NCBI GenBank assembly: GCA_003565135.1
Contig: PXDC01000071.1
Coordinates: 1 to 44,091, forward strand
Reading direction: 5' to 3'
From: Verrucomicrobiota bacterium
Lineage (GTDB): Bacteria; Verrucomicrobiota; Verrucomicrobiia; Opitutales; T3Sed10-336
DNA: 44,091 nucleotides
Of this stretch, positions 1 to 9,324 are shown piece after piece. The stretch's first letter is position 1; the number at the start of each line of letters is the position of its first letter. The position numbers and the translations under genes were made by a program. A model generated the notes under the pieces. It was not told the DNA's origin and did not search any database. It was given only the letters and a program-made list of their open reading frames with translations.

Positions 1-289
1 CAAACCAGGTGTACCCGAGGCGGGTCAGGCCCTGCATGGCCCCGGCCATGCTTTCGATGACGCCGCATTTCCCCAGGGCCGCACTGAGGATGAACATGGC
101 GCCGACCGTGATGGGCGCGGGATTGGAGAAAACATCCCACGCGCGGTCGTGCGGGAGCAAACCGGTGACCAGGAGGACGGCGAAGAGGGTCATCGCGGTC
201 ATGTCCGGGGGGATTCGTTCCCAGGCGAAGCTGGCCAGGGTCAGGACCAGCAGGACGTAGATAAGGATGATTTCCGGAGTCAGTTCCAT
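1..289 (-). CDS. SLC13/DASS-type (CitT/YfbS-like) anion permease, N-terminal fragment; gene continues past the window start
   Basis: A minus-strand ATG (plus-strand cat at 287-289) opens a stop-free frame running to position 1: MELTPEIILIYVLLVLTLASFAWERIPPDMTAMTLFAVLLVTGLLPHDRAWDVFSNPAPITVGAMFILSAALGKCGVIESMAG... It has hydrophobic helices and the FSNPxxITV-type N-terminal motif of SLC13-family permeases. It is absent from the ORF track because there is no stop in the window. Confidence 0.55.
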   Translation of the reverse strand, partial: MELTPEIILIYVLLVLTLASFAWERIPPDMTAMTLFAVLLVTGLLPHDRAWDVFSNPAPITVGAMFILSAALGKCGVIESMAGAMQGLTRLGYTWF

Positions 290-428
290 GGTCGGGCAGA
301 GGAACCTTCAGGAAGCGACTCCGGCCGGGGAGAGGCACGGGCCGTGCGGTCCGGCGCCTTGGGCACGTAAGCGCATGACAGAGTGGATCATGTGGCAGGA
401 TTTTACGCCGGTCCCGACGGACGGCCCG

Positions 429-1487
429 TTACGGGGTCGTCGATTTTGATTCCGCGGGGACCGGCTCCGCGGCGGAGGGTTCGGCCTCTTCGGCGTAAAC
501 TCCCATTTTCCGGAACTTTTCGTAGCGTTTATCGAGCAATTGGGGGATGGAAAGGGATTTCAGCTGTGCGAAATGTTTGACCAGAGCCGCGGAGAGGGTA
601 TCGAAGCAATGCTGTGGATCATTGTGGGCGCCGCCGAAGGGTTCCTCCAGCACCTGGTCGACGATGTCGAGGTCGAGCAGGTGATGGGCTCCGAGCCTGA
701 GGGCCTCGGCGGCCTGGGGTGAGTTGGCCCGGTCCTTCCAGAGGATGGCGGCGCACCCTTCGGGTGAAATCACTGAATAGTAGGCGTTTTCAAAAATCAG
801 AACGCGGTCGCCGACCCCGATGCCGAGAGCGCCGCCCGAACCGCCCTCGCCGAGGACGATGGAGACGATCGGAACCTGCAGGAGACTCATTTCGCGTATA
901 TTGACCGCGATGGCCTCGGCCACGTGGCGTTCCTCCGAGGCGATGCCGGGAAAGGCGCCGGGGGTGTCGATCAATGTCACGATGGGGAGTCCGAAACGTT
1001 CCGCCGTCTTCATCAGGCGCAGGGCTTTGCGGTAGCCCTCCGGGTGCGGGCAACCGAAATTCCGCATCAGGTTTTCCTTGGTGTCGCGGCCCTTTTGTTG
1101 ACCGATGACCATGACGGCTTCGCCGCGGAAAAAAGCGGTGCCGCCGATGATGGCGTGGTCGTCGCCGAAAACGCGATCCCCGTGGAGTTCCTGAAAATCC
1201 TCGAAAGCCGCACCGATGTAATCGAGGGAGTAAGGGCGTTTGGGGTGGCGCGCGATCTGAACCTTCTGCCAGGCGTTGAGATTGGAATAGAGGTTGCGCT
1301 TGGTGGCTTCGATTTTTTTCTCGATGGCCGCGATTTCATCCGAGACGTCGACCTTGTTCTCGGCCGAGAGCTTGGTCAGCTCCGCGAGCTGGGTGTCCAG
1401 GTCACGCAACGGTTTTTCGAAGTCCAGAACGTATTCGGATTTCTCCATGTAGCGTGGCAGAATTGGGGTTTTGGACCGGGTTGTCAA
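429..1487 (-). CDS. accA: Acetyl-CoA carboxylase carboxyltransferase alpha subunit
   Basis: 352-aa ORF with hallmark AccA motifs: ARHPKRPY, GQQKGRDTKENLMRNFG, IDTPGAFPG, GEGGSGGALGIG. Length and order match AccA. Confidence 0.95.
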   Translation of the reverse strand: MTTRSKTPILPRYMEKSEYVLDFEKPLRDLDTQLAELTKLSAENKVDVSDEIAAIEKKIEATKRNLYSNLNAWQKVQIARHPKRPYSLDYIGAAFEDFQELHGDRVFGDDHAIIGGTAFFRGEAVMVIGQQKGRDTKENLMRNFGCPHPEGYRKALRLMKTAERFGLPIVTLIDTPGAFPGIASEERHVAEAIAVNIREMSLLQVPIVSIVLGEGGSGGALGIGVGDRVLIFENAYYSVISPEGCAAILWKDRANSPQAAEALRLGAHHLLDLDIVDQVLEEPFGGAHNDPQHCFDTLSAALVKHFAQLKSLSIPQLLDKRYEKFRKMGVYAEEAEPSAAEPVPAESKSTTP

Positions 1488-1825
1488 TCGCCGCTCTGCA
1501 GCTCATCCTTCCACCCGAGCATGCGAGCCTGGGCGCCGTGCTTTTCGGCGGTCGCTTTGTCGCCTTTCTCCATGTAAATCCGGGAGAGGCTGGTGTGGAT
1601 ATGGATGTCGTCCGGGCGGATTTCCAGGGCCTTCTCCGCCGCCTCGCGCGCGGCGTCGAAGTCCCTCAGCCCGAAGTGAACCTCGGCTTTTGCGTGCCAG
1701 GCGGCAAAGCATTGCGGGTCGACGGCGAGAGCCCGCCCGATTTTTTCCAGGGCGGCGTCGTTGTCGCCCATGGTGTAGTCGAACGTGGCGTCGTCAATCA
1801 GGTCCTGAATTTCCCGGGAAGTCAT
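1484..1825 (-). CDS. Small TPR-repeat protein
   Basis: ORF 1484-1900. I prefer the internal start MTSREIQDLIDD (cat at 1823-1825), because the upstream 25 aa are Arg/Gly-rich and look non-native. A-x-x-x-A/Y TPR-like helices are present (ALEKIGRALAVDPQCFAAWHAKAEVHFGLRDFDAAREAAEKALEIRPDD). The stop overlaps the accA start. Confidence 0.65.
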   Translation of the reverse strand: MTSREIQDLIDDATFDYTMGDNDAALEKIGRALAVDPQCFAAWHAKAEVHFGLRDFDAAREAAEKALEIRPDDIHIHTSLSRIYMEKGDKATAEKHGAQARMLGWKDELQSGD

Positions 1826-1892
1826 CGGCAGGCAACAGGTTCGCCCGAGTCCCCCCCGAGTGTCAAGGAAAGCTCGGCCGGCGGCCCGCCGC

Positions 1893-2384
1893 TCAACCAT
1901 CCATCCAGGAAATGAAGGAATCCGGACCGCCCCGCATGTAGCCGAGAGTGCGGCGGACTTCCTCTCCCGCGGAATCCACCATGACGAAGGTCGGGAAGCT
2001 CTCGATGCCGAACCGGTTGGCCAGCTGCCTGTTCTGCTGTCGGAGAGCCTCCTCCTGCGCCGTCCGCCGGGGGAAGTCGAGCTCGAGCAAGACCAGGTTA
2101 TCTTCCGCGTACCGGAGGAAGCGATCGGTGGAGAGTACGTCGTTTTTCATCTGGATGCAGGGCGGGCACCAGTCCGAGCCGGTGAAATTCATGAGGATGG
2201 GGCGGCCGGTCTCGCGGCTTTTTTCGGCCGCCTCCTCGTAATCGACCAGCCATTCGGCCTCGGGCGGCGCCTCGTTCGCCGCGGTTTCGGGAGGCTCTTC
2301 CGACGTGGCCTGGGTACCCGGATTGCAGGCGGTCAACGCCACGAGCAGGGCGGGAAGGACAAAAAATCTGGTGTAAGCGATCAT
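1893..2384 (-). CDS. Thioredoxin-fold lipoprotein (TlpA/DsbD-gamma-like thiol:disulfide oxidoreductase family)
   Basis: Signal peptide with lipobox (LLVALTAC), a WCPPC redox motif and a thioredoxin-like context (ILMNFTGSDWCPPCIQMKNDV). Confidence 0.8.
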   Translation of the reverse strand: MIAYTRFFVLPALLVALTACNPGTQATSEEPPETAANEAPPEAEWLVDYEEAAEKSRETGRPILMNFTGSDWCPPCIQMKNDVLSTDRFLRYAEDNLVLLELDFPRRTAQEEALRQQNRQLANRFGIESFPTFVMVDSAGEEVRRTLGYMRGGPDSFISWMDG

Positions 2385-2465
2385 ACCGGTAGGAGTGCGG
2401 GACGGGGGTGTTTATTCCCGGAGAATTTCGCGGCGGTGCGGGCGGCGGACGGGGATCCTTCGTCG

Positions 2466-3185
2466 TCAGTGCTGCTTGAGGACGCCGGCGTGCAGCAGCA
2501 CCGCGTCGCCGATGATCCGGACCGCCTCGTCGTCGGAAAGAAGGCCGGTATTGACGGTGAGGTGATAGGCGAGGGGATCGTCGATGTCCTTGTCGAAGTG
2601 TTTGCGGACGTAATCCCGGCGTTCGTGGTCCTTCTTGTGGGTCAGATTGATCGCCTGCTTGTAATCGAGTTCGTAAAAGGTTTGCACCCGGGCGATCCGT
2701 TTTTCCAGCTGGCAGGTCAGTCGGATGTGAAACGCGTTTCTGAGGGGAAAGGTAATGAGGTTGGCCCCGCGCCCGACCAGGATGGCGTTGCCGGTTTTGG
2801 CGAGTTTTTTTATGGTTTCGTTGGTCTTCTCCACCAGGGTGGAGATGGAGGGGTGGAGGCCGAGCAGTTCGCCGAGGTAGGCCTCAAAGTCGTTGCCCGA
2901 ACCCTCCGGCATGTATTTCCCCAGTTTCGCGGGGAGTTGGTGGTCCTCGAGAACCTTGTCCACCAGGTTTTCGTCGAACAGGCCCCAGACACTTTCGCGG
3001 TCGCCGTCGTGCTTTTCCAGGTAGGCGGCCAGTTTTCGGCCGATCGTCACCGCTCCGGCCCCGGTTTCCCGGGAGATGGTGACGGCCGGGCCCGGTTTCG
3101 CCCGTGCCTTTTCGGGGAGGGTCTCCTCCTGGTAACGTGCGGCAAAGTAACGCTGAAGGGAATTGAAGGTGGATGATGAACTCAT
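2466..3185 (-). CDS. Cytidylate-kinase-like family protein (degenerate P-loop)
   Basis: 239 aa. ISRETGAGAVTIGRKLA replaces a Walker A motif, followed by ILVGRGAN and a C-terminal HLTVNT segment. This pattern is typical of the cytidylate-kinase-like 2 family. Confidence 0.65.
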   Translation of the reverse strand: MSSSSTFNSLQRYFAARYQEETLPEKARAKPGPAVTISRETGAGAVTIGRKLAAYLEKHDGDRESVWGLFDENLVDKVLEDHQLPAKLGKYMPEGSGNDFEAYLGELLGLHPSISTLVEKTNETIKKLAKTGNAILVGRGANLITFPLRNAFHIRLTCQLEKRIARVQTFYELDYKQAINLTHKKDHERRDYVRKHFDKDIDDPLAYHLTVNTGLLSDDEAVRIIGDAVLLHAGVLKQH

Positions 3186-3274
3186 GTTTCCGATTGGATC
3201 CCTTTACGAAAGAACGGGCCGGATGGATTGTCAACTCAACCCCGTCCAAGGGCTCCGCCGGGTTGGAATGTCCA

Positions 3275-5176
3275 TTAACCGAGATACGGTCGATACTCCG
3301 GTACGAATTTTTTCAGCAGGAGTTTGAGGCTGTTCGGATCCTCGTCCTGCAGGTGCGTTTTGAGCAGGTCGATCATGCTTTCGACCTCCGCGAGTTGAAC
3401 GGGTTCGCACACCAGGCGCAGGATTTTCGGGTGGGGGGTTTCAACGATATTCTCGCTCTTGTGGCTCAGCTCCTCGTAAAGCTTTTCCCCCGGGCGCAGC
3501 CCGATGAACTCGATGTCGATGTCCTCGTCGACGCGGAGACCGCTCAGTTCGATCAGTTGGCGGGCGAGGTCGACGATTTTGACCGTCTGGCCCATGTCGA
3601 GAATGAAGATCTCGCCGCCGTCACCCTGGGCGCCGCTCTGGAGGACCAGGCCGACCGCTTCCGGGATGGTCATGAAAAACCGGGTGACCTCCGGGTGGGT
3701 GACCCGAACCGGTCCGCCACTCTCGATTTGTTTCTTGAAGGTGGGAATAACGCTGCCGGAGGAGCCGAGGACGTTCCCGAAGCGGACCGCCATGAACTTG
3801 GTGCCCTGCGGATTCCCGGCGTACAGGGCCCCCAGGAAGATTTCCGCCATGCGTTTGCTGGCCCCCATTACGTTGGTCGGGTTGATGGCCTTGTCGGTCG
3901 ATATCTGGACGAAGCGGGCCGTCCGGTACTCCTGGGCGAGGCGGGCCACGTTGATGGTCCCGAGGATGTTGTTTTTGACCGCTTCGGCCGGTTGCCCCTC
4001 CATCATGGGGACGTGCTTGTGGGCGGCGGCATGGAAGACGACATCGGGACCGTAGCGCCCGAAAATGAAGCGCAGGCGCTGGACGTCGGTCACATTGGCC
4101 ACCAGGGGAAGGACAATGCCGCCGAAACCTTCGTCGCTTAGTTCCTGCTCGATGGGGTAGAGCTGAACCTCGGATTGATCGACCATGAGCAGCCGTTTGG
4201 GGTGATAGCGGATGATCTGCCGGCAGAGTTCGCTTCCGATGCTGCCGCCGGCGCCGGTGACGAGGACGATCCGACCCTCGATAACCTGTTTGATGTTTTC
4301 CGTTTCGACCCGGACGGACTCGCGTCCCAGCAGATCCTGGATCTCCACCGGACGCAGCTGCGAGACCCGCACCTTGCCGGTGACCAGCTGGAACATCGAC
4401 GGGACGGTTTCGAATTTGAGCCGGGTGCGCTGCAGCAGTTTGACGATTTCACCCATCCGCTGGGCGGTGGCGTTCGGAATGGCGAGAATGACCTCCTCGA
4501 ACCGTTCCCGATTCTGGTCCTGTTCCAGGATTTCGGGGGCGCCCATGACGGGGATGTCGTAGATCCGGGAATGCCATTTTTTGGGGTCGTCGTCGAAAAA
4601 AGCCACCGGATTCAGCCCGAGTCCGGACTTGATGCGAAGCTCGCGGGCGAGATTGGCCCCGACGTCTCCGGCCCCGATGATCGCGACGGGACGGGCGGCG
4701 GTGGCGCCCGATTTATGGCCGTTGGCGTAGCGTTCGCGCGCGATGCGGAAGGCCAGCCTCAGGCCGGCGACGCCCATAAAGCTGAAGAGAAAATCCGCCA
4801 TGATGACACTGCGCGGCGGAACCGCCTCCACCAGGGGAAGCCACCACATCAGGGCAATGATCAGGGAGCCGAGGGAAAGCGCGGAAAAGATGCGCCAGAG
4901 ATCGGGGGTGCTGAAGTAGCTGAGAAGCCCGGCGAATTGGCGGAAGGCAAAGAGTAGAATCAGCTTGATCGGGATGATCCAGGTGTAGACGACGAACAGT
5001 TCGTACTGGTAACGGGGGGATATCTGAAAATCGAAGCGCAGCAGGTAGGCCATCCACAGGCTGACGACGAAAATGCCGGCGTAGGCGGCGAGGAGGAAAA
5101 TAAATCGCGGACCGACAAACGGTTTCAGGATTGACCAGACGGGAATCATTGAATTTGCGAAACAACCGTAACGCAC
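3275..5176 (-). CDS. Membrane-anchored polysaccharide biosynthesis protein, CapD/PglF/WbpM-type NDP-sugar 4,6-dehydratase
   Basis: 633 aa. It has N-terminal TM helices, two Rossmann motifs (IIGAGDVG, VTGAGGSIGSEL) and the STDKAINPTNVMGASKRMAE catalytic region. Confidence 0.9.
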   Translation of the reverse strand: MRYGCFANSMIPVWSILKPFVGPRFIFLLAAYAGIFVVSLWMAYLLRFDFQISPRYQYELFVVYTWIIPIKLILLFAFRQFAGLLSYFSTPDLWRIFSALSLGSLIIALMWWLPLVEAVPPRSVIMADFLFSFMGVAGLRLAFRIARERYANGHKSGATAARPVAIIGAGDVGANLARELRIKSGLGLNPVAFFDDDPKKWHSRIYDIPVMGAPEILEQDQNRERFEEVILAIPNATAQRMGEIVKLLQRTRLKFETVPSMFQLVTGKVRVSQLRPVEIQDLLGRESVRVETENIKQVIEGRIVLVTGAGGSIGSELCRQIIRYHPKRLLMVDQSEVQLYPIEQELSDEGFGGIVLPLVANVTDVQRLRFIFGRYGPDVVFHAAAHKHVPMMEGQPAEAVKNNILGTINVARLAQEYRTARFVQISTDKAINPTNVMGASKRMAEIFLGALYAGNPQGTKFMAVRFGNVLGSSGSVIPTFKKQIESGGPVRVTHPEVTRFFMTIPEAVGLVLQSGAQGDGGEIFILDMGQTVKIVDLARQLIELSGLRVDEDIDIEFIGLRPGEKLYEELSHKSENIVETPHPKILRLVCEPVQLAEVESMIDLLKTHLQDEDPNSLKLLLKKFVPEYRPYLG

Positions 5177-5246
5177 GAAACCGGAAGGGAAAGCCCGGTG
5201 GCGAAAGGGAAATCCTTAGCAGGTTGTATTGAAAGCGTAAAGACGT

Positions 5247-6998
5247 TTACATGCGTTTAAGCGTCCGGATGCCGAGCAGGCGGAGACCTTCCTCCAGAAT
5301 CAGGAGCGTCCGGCGGCAGAGCAGGATCCTCCGGGCCCGGATGCCCGGGTCGTCGACCAGGACTTTGTCCGCGTTGTAGAATCCGCTGAAATCTCCGGCC
5401 AGTTCGTACAGATAGGTGCATAGAAAATGGGGGCGCAGGTCGCTCAGGGTCATCTTCAGGACCTCGGGAAAAGCGAGGAGCTTCCGGGCCAGTTTCTGTT
5501 CCTGGTCGGTTTCGAACGGTGTGGCGGCGGACTCTTCGGCTCCGGCGTTTTCCCCCATACGGGCGAAAATACTGTGGATGCGGGCCACGGCGTAGAGGAG
5601 ATAGGGGGCGGTGTTTCCTTCCAGGCTCAGGACCTTGTCCCAGGAGAAAACGTAATCGCTGGTCCGGTTCTGGGCCAGGTCCGCGTAGCGGATCGCCCCG
5701 ATGCCGATCGCGCGCGCGATCGCCGCTTTTTCCTCCTCCGGGAGCGACGGGTTTTTCTCGTCGACGATCGCCCGGGCCCGCTGCTCCGCCTCACCGAGCA
5801 GGTCCTTCAACTTGATGGGATTGCCGGTCCGGGTTTTGATGGCTTTGCCGTCCTCCCCGAGGATGGTGCCGAACCAGACGTGGTCGAGTTCCGGGACCGC
5901 CCGCCCGGCGGCGGCGAACCATTTCTCCACGGTAAGAAAGAGCTGTTGAAAATGGTCCTGCTGCCTCCCGTCGGTGACGTAGATGATTTTTTCGGCCTGC
6001 CATTCCCGAACCCGGTAGAGGACCGTGGCCAGGTCGGTGGAGGCGTAGTTGCTGGCCCCGTCGGATTTGCGGATGATAAAGGGCTGTTTTTTGAAGCGGG
6101 GGTGTTCCGGATGGAACACCACCAGGGCGCCCTCGCTCTCTTCGGCGATCCTGTGGTCCACCAGCTCGGCGTAAACCTCCCCGACCTTGTCCCGGTAGAA
6201 GCTCTCGCCCAGTTGGGCGTCGAACCGAATGTCCAGGCGGGCGTAAATCTCCTCGAAAGCCTTCTCGCTGATGCCATTGATTTCCTCCCAGAGTCTCTGG
6301 TTTTCCGCATCGCCCCGCTGCAACGCGACCAGTTCGGCCCGCGCCCGCTCCAGCACTTCCGGATCCTCCCGGCACAGGGCGTCACCTTTCTTGTAAAGGC
6401 GTTCCAATTCCTCCAGGGGGTCCTTTTCCAGGGCTTCGGGATCCAGGTGGTGTTTGTAGGCGTAAATCAACTTGCCGTACTGTGTGCCCCAGTCGCCGAT
6501 GTGATTGTCGCGGATAACGGCGGCCCCCGAAAACTCGAAAAGGCGGCTGATGGCCTCGCCGATCACCATGGAGCGAATGTGGGCCACGTGCATCTGTTTG
6601 GCCGTATTGGGTGAGCTGTAGTCGATCACCAGCTTCCTGCCGCGGTGCAGGCCGGCGGCCCCCGCCTCCAGGTCTTTCCCGCTACCGTAGATGCGCAGCC
6701 AGCGAAGCAGCGCGGCCGGTTTCAGGGTGAAGTTGATAAATCCCGGTCCGGCGACGCCGACGGCGAAGTCCGTCCCGATCGCGTCGCCGAGGGCGGCGAC
6801 CAGGGCCCCGGCCAGTTCCCGCGGGTTCCGGCCCTGTTTTTTGGCGAACGGGAGAACGCCGTTGGCCTGGAAATCGCCGAAACGGGGGTCCGCCGGGCGC
6901 AGATCCGGGACGAATGTTTCGTCAAAAACCTCCAGCCCCGAGGCCGCCTCCGCCACAACTGCTTCCAGGGCCTCCGCCACGTTGAATCCGATTTCCAT
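5247..6998 (-). CDS. argS: Arginine--tRNA ligase
   Basis: 583 aa. It has the Arg-tRNA synthetase N-domain (GDFQAN), SSPNTAKQMHVAHIRS (HIGH-type motif), DWGTQYG and a C-terminal DALR anticodon-binding region ending in RM. Confidence 0.95.
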   Translation of the reverse strand: MEIGFNVAEALEAVVAEAASGLEVFDETFVPDLRPADPRFGDFQANGVLPFAKKQGRNPRELAGALVAALGDAIGTDFAVGVAGPGFINFTLKPAALLRWLRIYGSGKDLEAGAAGLHRGRKLVIDYSSPNTAKQMHVAHIRSMVIGEAISRLFEFSGAAVIRDNHIGDWGTQYGKLIYAYKHHLDPEALEKDPLEELERLYKKGDALCREDPEVLERARAELVALQRGDAENQRLWEEINGISEKAFEEIYARLDIRFDAQLGESFYRDKVGEVYAELVDHRIAEESEGALVVFHPEHPRFKKQPFIIRKSDGASNYASTDLATVLYRVREWQAEKIIYVTDGRQQDHFQQLFLTVEKWFAAAGRAVPELDHVWFGTILGEDGKAIKTRTGNPIKLKDLLGEAEQRARAIVDEKNPSLPEEEKAAIARAIGIGAIRYADLAQNRTSDYVFSWDKVLSLEGNTAPYLLYAVARIHSIFARMGENAGAEESAATPFETDQEQKLARKLLAFPEVLKMTLSDLRPHFLCTYLYELAGDFSGFYNADKVLVDDPGIRARRILLCRRTLLILEEGLRLLGIRTLKRM

Positions 6999-7197
6999 GC
7001 TTGAAATCGAAGGAACCCGGTCCTCAAGAGCAAGTTCGGAATTCAGAAAAACGCCGGTCCGGGCGGTTTCCGGGGGGTGGGAAGCGGGGTGACGGGTTAA
7101 AATTGTTTAAAAAAAAGCTCGACATGTCTTCTTTAATAACTTTATCCTTAACGGTTTGCGGCATCCTGTCTGCAGGGTGTCTAAAACACGTACAAGT

Positions 7198-8541
7198 ATG
7201 AGAAAAAAGACTCTGGCAAATCGTCGCTTCGTTAAGCCGTCGTTTTCTTATCTGATTGAAAAGAAACGGGACGGCGGGGAATTCAATCAGGATGAGATTC
7301 GCTACATCGTCGACTCCATGCTGGACGGGGAAATGCCTCAGCACCAGTTGGCGGCCCTGGCCATGGCGATTTATTTTCGGGGCATGTCGGCGGCCGAGAC
7401 CGCCATCCTGACCGAGGAGATGATGCTTTCCGGGGAGGTGATCGACCTGTCGAAGCTCACCCGCCCGAAGATCGACAAGTACTCCACCGGGGGCGTGGGC
7501 GACAAGACGTCCATGGTACTGGTGGCGCTCGCCGCCGCCAGCGGGGTTGTCATGCCCATGATGTCGGGTACGGACGAGGAATTTGTCATCGGGACGCTGG
7601 ACAAGATGAGCGCGATCCCGGGTTTCAAGACCGAACTCACGATCGACCAGTTCGTCAAGCAGCTCAACCGGATCCACTGCGGTATTGTGGCGCAGAGCCC
7701 GGATATTTCTCCCGCCGACAGCAAGCTCTACGAACTGCGGCAGACGACGGGAACCGTTCCGAGCCTTCCCTTGATCGCCGCCGGGGTACTGAGTAAGAAA
7801 CTGGCCGAGGGAGCCGAGGGGTTGATTATCGACGTCAAGTGGGGTAACGGCTCCTTCATCGAGGATCTCGAACAGGCCAAGCAGTTGGCCCGCACGATGA
7901 CCCGTGTCGGGCGCTCGATGAAGCGCCGCTGTGTCGCCCTGGTGACCGATATGAACCAGCCGCTGGGCAACACGGTGGGGACCGCCCTGGAGGTCAAGGA
8001 GGCGATCGAACTCCTGAAGGGCGAGGGGCCCGAGGACCTGCAGGAACTCGTGCTGAAACTGGGTATGGAGGTTGTCCGCCTGGCCGGTGTGGCCGGCTCG
8101 ACCCTCTCGGCGAAACAAACCGTCCAGCGACACATCAAGGACGGGTCCGCTTTGAAGATGTTCAAGGAGATGGTGGCCGCCCAGGGCGGGGACGTCAGTT
8201 ATATCGACGACCCGGAGAAGTTCCCCAAGGCCAAGCATGTGCGCAAGCTCCCCGCTCCCAAGCGCGGGTACGTTCACACCATCAACGCCGCCATGATCGC
8301 CCGCGGGGTCAGTTTGCTTGGTGCGGGCAAGGATGCGAAGAACAAAAAGATCGACTACGCGGTGGGCGTCTCCGAAATCCGCAAGGTCGGGACCCAGGTG
8401 AAGCAGGGGGAGCCGCTGATGATGATTCACTACAACAGCGAGGCCAAGCTGGAGCAGGCCCTTGAGTATTTCAAGGCGGCCTACCGGCTGGCACCCAAGC
8501 GTCCCAATCCGTCCCCCCTGGTGGTCGAGCGGGTGGCTTAG
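7198..8541 (+). CDS. Thymidine/pyrimidine-nucleoside phosphorylase family protein with a non-canonical active site
   Basis: End-to-end similarity to DeoA/PyNP (LAALAMAIYFRGM, STGGVGDKTS, GTLDKMSAIPGF, DVKWGNGSF, TDMNQPLGNTVG, C-terminal PYNP domain). Start chosen at MRKKTL (7198) rather than 7156. The signature loop is divergent (see findings). Confidence 0.85.
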   Translation: MRKKTLANRRFVKPSFSYLIEKKRDGGEFNQDEIRYIVDSMLDGEMPQHQLAALAMAIYFRGMSAAETAILTEEMMLSGEVIDLSKLTRPKIDKYSTGGVGDKTSMVLVALAAASGVVMPMMSGTDEEFVIGTLDKMSAIPGFKTELTIDQFVKQLNRIHCGIVAQSPDISPADSKLYELRQTTGTVPSLPLIAAGVLSKKLAEGAEGLIIDVKWGNGSFIEDLEQAKQLARTMTRVGRSMKRRCVALVTDMNQPLGNTVGTALEVKEAIELLKGEGPEDLQELVLKLGMEVVRLAGVAGSTLSAKQTVQRHIKDGSALKMFKEMVAAQGGDVSYIDDPEKFPKAKHVRKLPAPKRGYVHTINAAMIARGVSLLGAGKDAKNKKIDYAVGVSEIRKVGTQVKQGEPLMMIHYNSEAKLEQALEYFKAAYRLAPKRPNPSPLVVERVA

Positions 8542-8595
8542 GAAGTCAAAGATATAAAGTGAAAAGGTAAAAGGACTTGATCAGAGGAGAGTAAT

Positions 8596-8624
8596 AGGCG
8601 GGCGCGAAACGTCGTTCGCCGCCT
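8596..8624. terminator. Candidate bidirectional intrinsic terminator between the convergent TP-family gene and efp
   Basis: Hairpin AGGCGG(G)CG - 12-nt loop - CGCCGCCT: 8 bp with one bulge. It is flanked by T-rich sequence on both strands (gattattcctttt on plus, ttactctcc on minus). Confidence 0.45.
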
Positions 8625-8651
8625 GATTATTCCTTTTAACCGTTCACGGTG

Positions 8652-9212
8652 TTAGGCCCGTCCCATGTAGGAGCCGTCCGCCGTGCTGACCTTGATCACT
8701 TCGCCCTCTTTGATAAAAAGGGGGACCTGAACGATTAAGCCGGTTTCGGTGGTGGCCGGTTTTTGCACGTTGGTGGCGGTGTCGCCGCGTACACCTTCGG
8801 GCGATTCGACGACCTTCAGGTCCACGGATGCGGGAAGGACGATTTCGACCGGTTTCCCCTCGATGATGAGAAAGTCGTATTCCTTGTTGGGGACGAGGAA
8901 TTTTTTGACCTGGTCGGTGACGATATCGCCGGAGACCTCGATGCTCTCGAAGGTCGCGGGATCCATGAACACGTAGTGAGCGCCGTCCTCGTAGCTGAAT
9001 TCGTAACGCTGGTTTTCCGTCATCAACACGTCGATCGAATCGGTGGAGCCGAACTTGACCACCGAACTGGCCCGGTTCTCCAGGTTCCTGAGGGTGGCCT
9101 GGACCCATCCCTGTCCCCGTCCCTGGGTGCGATGCTGCATATCGAGGACCTGGTGGGGGGTTCCGTTGTGATTGATGACTTTGCCTTTTCTCAGTTCGGT
9201 TGCTTTGGCCAT
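8652..9212 (-). CDS. efp: Translation elongation factor P
   Basis: 186 aa. It shows the EF-P N-terminal KOW-like domain, the loop HRTQGRGQG, and the C-terminus GDTATNVQKPATTETGLIVQVPLFIKEGEVIKVSTADGSYMGRA. Confidence 0.95.
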   Translation of the reverse strand: MAKATELRKGKVINHNGTPHQVLDMQHRTQGRGQGWVQATLRNLENRASSVVKFGSTDSIDVLMTENQRYEFSYEDGAHYVFMDPATFESIEVSGDIVTDQVKKFLVPNKEYDFLIIEGKPVEIVLPASVDLKVVESPEGVRGDTATNVQKPATTETGLIVQVPLFIKEGEVIKVSTADGSYMGRA

Positions 9213-9324
9213 GATAAAAAAAATTGAGATTCGGTGTGTCGCGAACCGGCGGGCACGTTTCCGGACCGCCCTGGTTGAGCGGCGGATTTTTCCCGGGAGA
9301 GGGTGCCGGACTTTCCGCGATTTA

